DNA from: Psammoneis japonica
Lineage: Eukaryota
Direction of reading: 5' to 3'
Assembly (NCBI GenBank): GCA_008632985.1
Contig: QPGO01000119.1
Location: 1-64,000 of the forward strand
Length of the DNA: 64,000 nt
In this document: positions 62,011-64,000 of the stretch, one piece after another
Layout: each line of letters begins with the position of its first letter
Position numbering within the stretch: the first letter of the stretch is position 1
Made by a program: the position numbers and the translations under genes
The notes under the pieces: generated by a model
Seen by the model: the letters and a program-made list of their open reading frames with translations, nothing else
What the model was told of the DNA's origin: nothing
Databases searched by the model: none

Positions 62011-62835
62011 ATGAAGCTTTCGACTGGCACAATCCTTCTTGCTGCCTTTGCAGGTCTAGTTTCCTGCGCCAATGGTAAGAATTTGTTGCTGTGATATCTA
62101 TCTATGCAAATCATGAGTGTGCATCAAGTCTGACCCCTTGTTTTTGCAATGACTCCTATCATTAGCCCACCGCGATGGCACGGCAGGACTGGAAAAGAGC
62201 GAGCAGCAAACGAAACTTCGAAAGGTCCTTAAATATCAGGAAGCAGAGACGCGAAAGAAACTGGACAGTCTTCAGAAAGGAAGAAGTGAAGCAAGCGCAG
62301 AGAAATCTGAAGAGGAAAAGTTGTTGACCTTGATCGAAGAGCAGGAACGTGTAAAGGAACACGAAATCAAAAAGAAAGGACAGACCCCAGAAGAAATAGC
62401 TGCTGAGGGCAAACTACTGAAGGTGCTCAAATATCAGGAAAACCAGACAAGGGAGAAACTGAGCCAGCTCCATGAAAAAGAAGCCGAGGAATCGGACGAG
62501 GAGAAGTTAATGACAATGATTAAAGAACAAGAGAAGAAAAGGAAGAGAGCGAAGCGGAGCCGAGCGAAGCAGAGCCGAGCGGAGCGGAGCCGAGCGAAGC
62601 GGAACCAAGCGAAGCGGAACCGAGTGAAGCGGAAGCGAGCGAAGCGGAAGGGACTGAAGTAGAAGAGAGTGAAGAAAAAGAGCCAAAGGGAAGGCCAATG
62701 CTCCGCAACCATCCTCACGGTCCCAAGGAGCTACAAGTCAAGCGTCACGTGTTTTGCAGGTTTTGCGCAGAACGTGTCTGCCCCGATCTAAGCCAGGAAG
62801 AAGATTGCGTGGAATGCAGGGAAAAATGCGATTGA
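62011..62835 (+). CDS. Small secreted acidic protein with EPSEA tandem repeats and Cys-rich C-terminus; one intron and apparent indels
   Basis: Signal peptide MKLSTGTILLAAFAGLVSCA; GT at 62074 to AG near 62164; duplicated KVLKYQE module; terminal CRFCAERVCPDLSQEEDCVECREKCD. Confidence 0.55.
62546..62650 (+). repeat. 15-bp tandem repeat (GAGCGAAGCGGAGCC-like), about 7 copies
   Basis: Direct reading of the sequence. Confidence 0.85.
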
Positions 62836-63109
62836 TTCTACAAGTGCGGGGCAATATTAGATCTGAGTAGATGCTTTTCCGCTAGTGTGTATGTGAGTAG
62901 TAGTATGCATTGAGTTCCTTCCTTGAGAGACCACGCTACATAGTGACGCTATTCTACTAGCGTCTTAGGGACCACCGTAAGGTCCTATGCTTTCCCACAT
63001 GTACCCGCATGTAAAAGGCGAGACCTAAATAAATTTCAGAGATGAACACCAGCTGTGCTTCATTCGCAGAAGCACCTTTTACCTTCCACAAGAGCTTTTG
63101 CGGGAGAAG

Positions 63110-63532
63110 TGACCGTGCAAAACTGTTTTTTCTAAATGTTGGGATGTAGAAGTGGTGAAGCCGTGTATGTTGTTTTAGTCGTGGATTCCTTTTTTGGGCT
63201 TAATCTGTGACAGGCACAAATTAATGTCAGGGGTATTTTTTCTCCCAACTCCTCACAGATTAAGTCGGTCCTGTCACAGATTAACTTTTTTTATGGAATC
63301 TTACTTAATCACACCGCTGCCTTTAATCATCCCAAACTGGAGTTTGCTAAAAGTCTCACTCCCTGGCCCCTAACATAAACCCTAAACCCTAACCCTGACC
63401 GTGCAAAACTGTTTTTTCTAAATGTTGGGATGTAGAAGTGGTGAAGCCGTGTATGTTGTTTTAGTCGTGGATTCCTTTTTTGGGCTTAATCTGTGACAGG
63501 CACAAATTAATCTGTCAGGGGTATTTTTTCTC
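63110..63532. repeat. Near-identical 135/137-bp direct repeat with internal inverted repeats and a telomere-like tract (small non-autonomous element-like)
   Basis: 63110-63244 equals 63396-63532 apart from a 2-nt indel. CCTCACAGATTAAGTCGGTCCTGTCACAGATTAA (63251-63284) is inverted relative to TTAATCTGTGACAGG...TTAATCTGTCAGG. CCCTAAACCCTAACCCT lies at 63380-63396. Confidence 0.75.
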
Positions 63533-64000
63533 GAATTTATCACAATCATTGTTGTTACGTGAACTTTGTTCGTGCTGATGATGCCACACTCTTCGTGTTC
63601 GAGGCTCAAGTTTAGATCAAGACAACTATCTACCAGTAAACTTAAATTTGTGCCCCTGTTTTAGATCGACGCTAATGCCGGTATGCTGTCAAACAATGCG
63701 TCCTGTACGTGGTAGGTAAACTAGAGCAAACCCATTGATGAAATACCAGAACAACAAATCGCATTGTTGATGCAAACTTCAAGTTATCGTATTGAATTCA
63801 TTATAATAATCATGGAGGATCATTGTAATTGTACATGTTGAATCTTCGGAAAGTATGGTATGATTGTAGATTCAAAGCTACAGTATGCAGAATTTCGCAT
63901 AGAAGCCTAGAATGCATCGAAATTGAAATGACTTAGGAAGCGGCAGCGGCAGCCGCGGCAGGAAGACAACCCCCTTCCTTCACCATGACTTCAAACTCCT

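Noticed and set aside
63368..63396. True telomere
   Set aside because: Only about four degenerate CCCTAA(A) units, embedded in a small repeat with ordinary sequence continuing.

Overview
Eukaryotic, gene-dense, intron-poor DNA most consistent with a diatom (stramenopile) nuclear genome. This is an inference from gene content: bZIP-PAS factor, ASAFAP-like presequence, HHL1-like protein and a diatom-type Gypsy element. About 17 host genes are recognisable: Zn-ADH/quinone reductase, SPPL protease, bZIP-PAS, TRP-like channel, ABC1 kinase-beta-lactamase fusion, PDR/ABCG transporter, sulfotransferase, Zn2Cys6 factor, propeller protein, class C-like GPCR, HHL1-like, TALE homeobox, aldo-keto reductase, LSm1, proteasome alpha7 and two small unknowns. 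Several carry 1-nt indels that look like assembly errors. The main signal is a set of sharply bounded blocks (about 4.9-7.0, 17.8-18.5, 24.2-32.3, 44.5-52.0 and 59.9-61.7 kb) almost devoid of TpA. They cover a Tc1/IS630-like element, a full Ty3/Gypsy element and decayed gene copies. Internal comparisons (5' vs 3' LTR, intact gene vs decayed paralog, conserved Pol motifs) show TpA->TpG/CpA (A-to-G in 5'-TA on both strands) together with CpG->TpG/CpA, and the two LTRs show it happened after integration. This resembles a repeat- or heterochromatin-targeted hypermutation process opposite in direction to fungal RIP. A modification-driven basecalling artefact cannot be excluded from this sequence alone. 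All counts are by eye and approximate.
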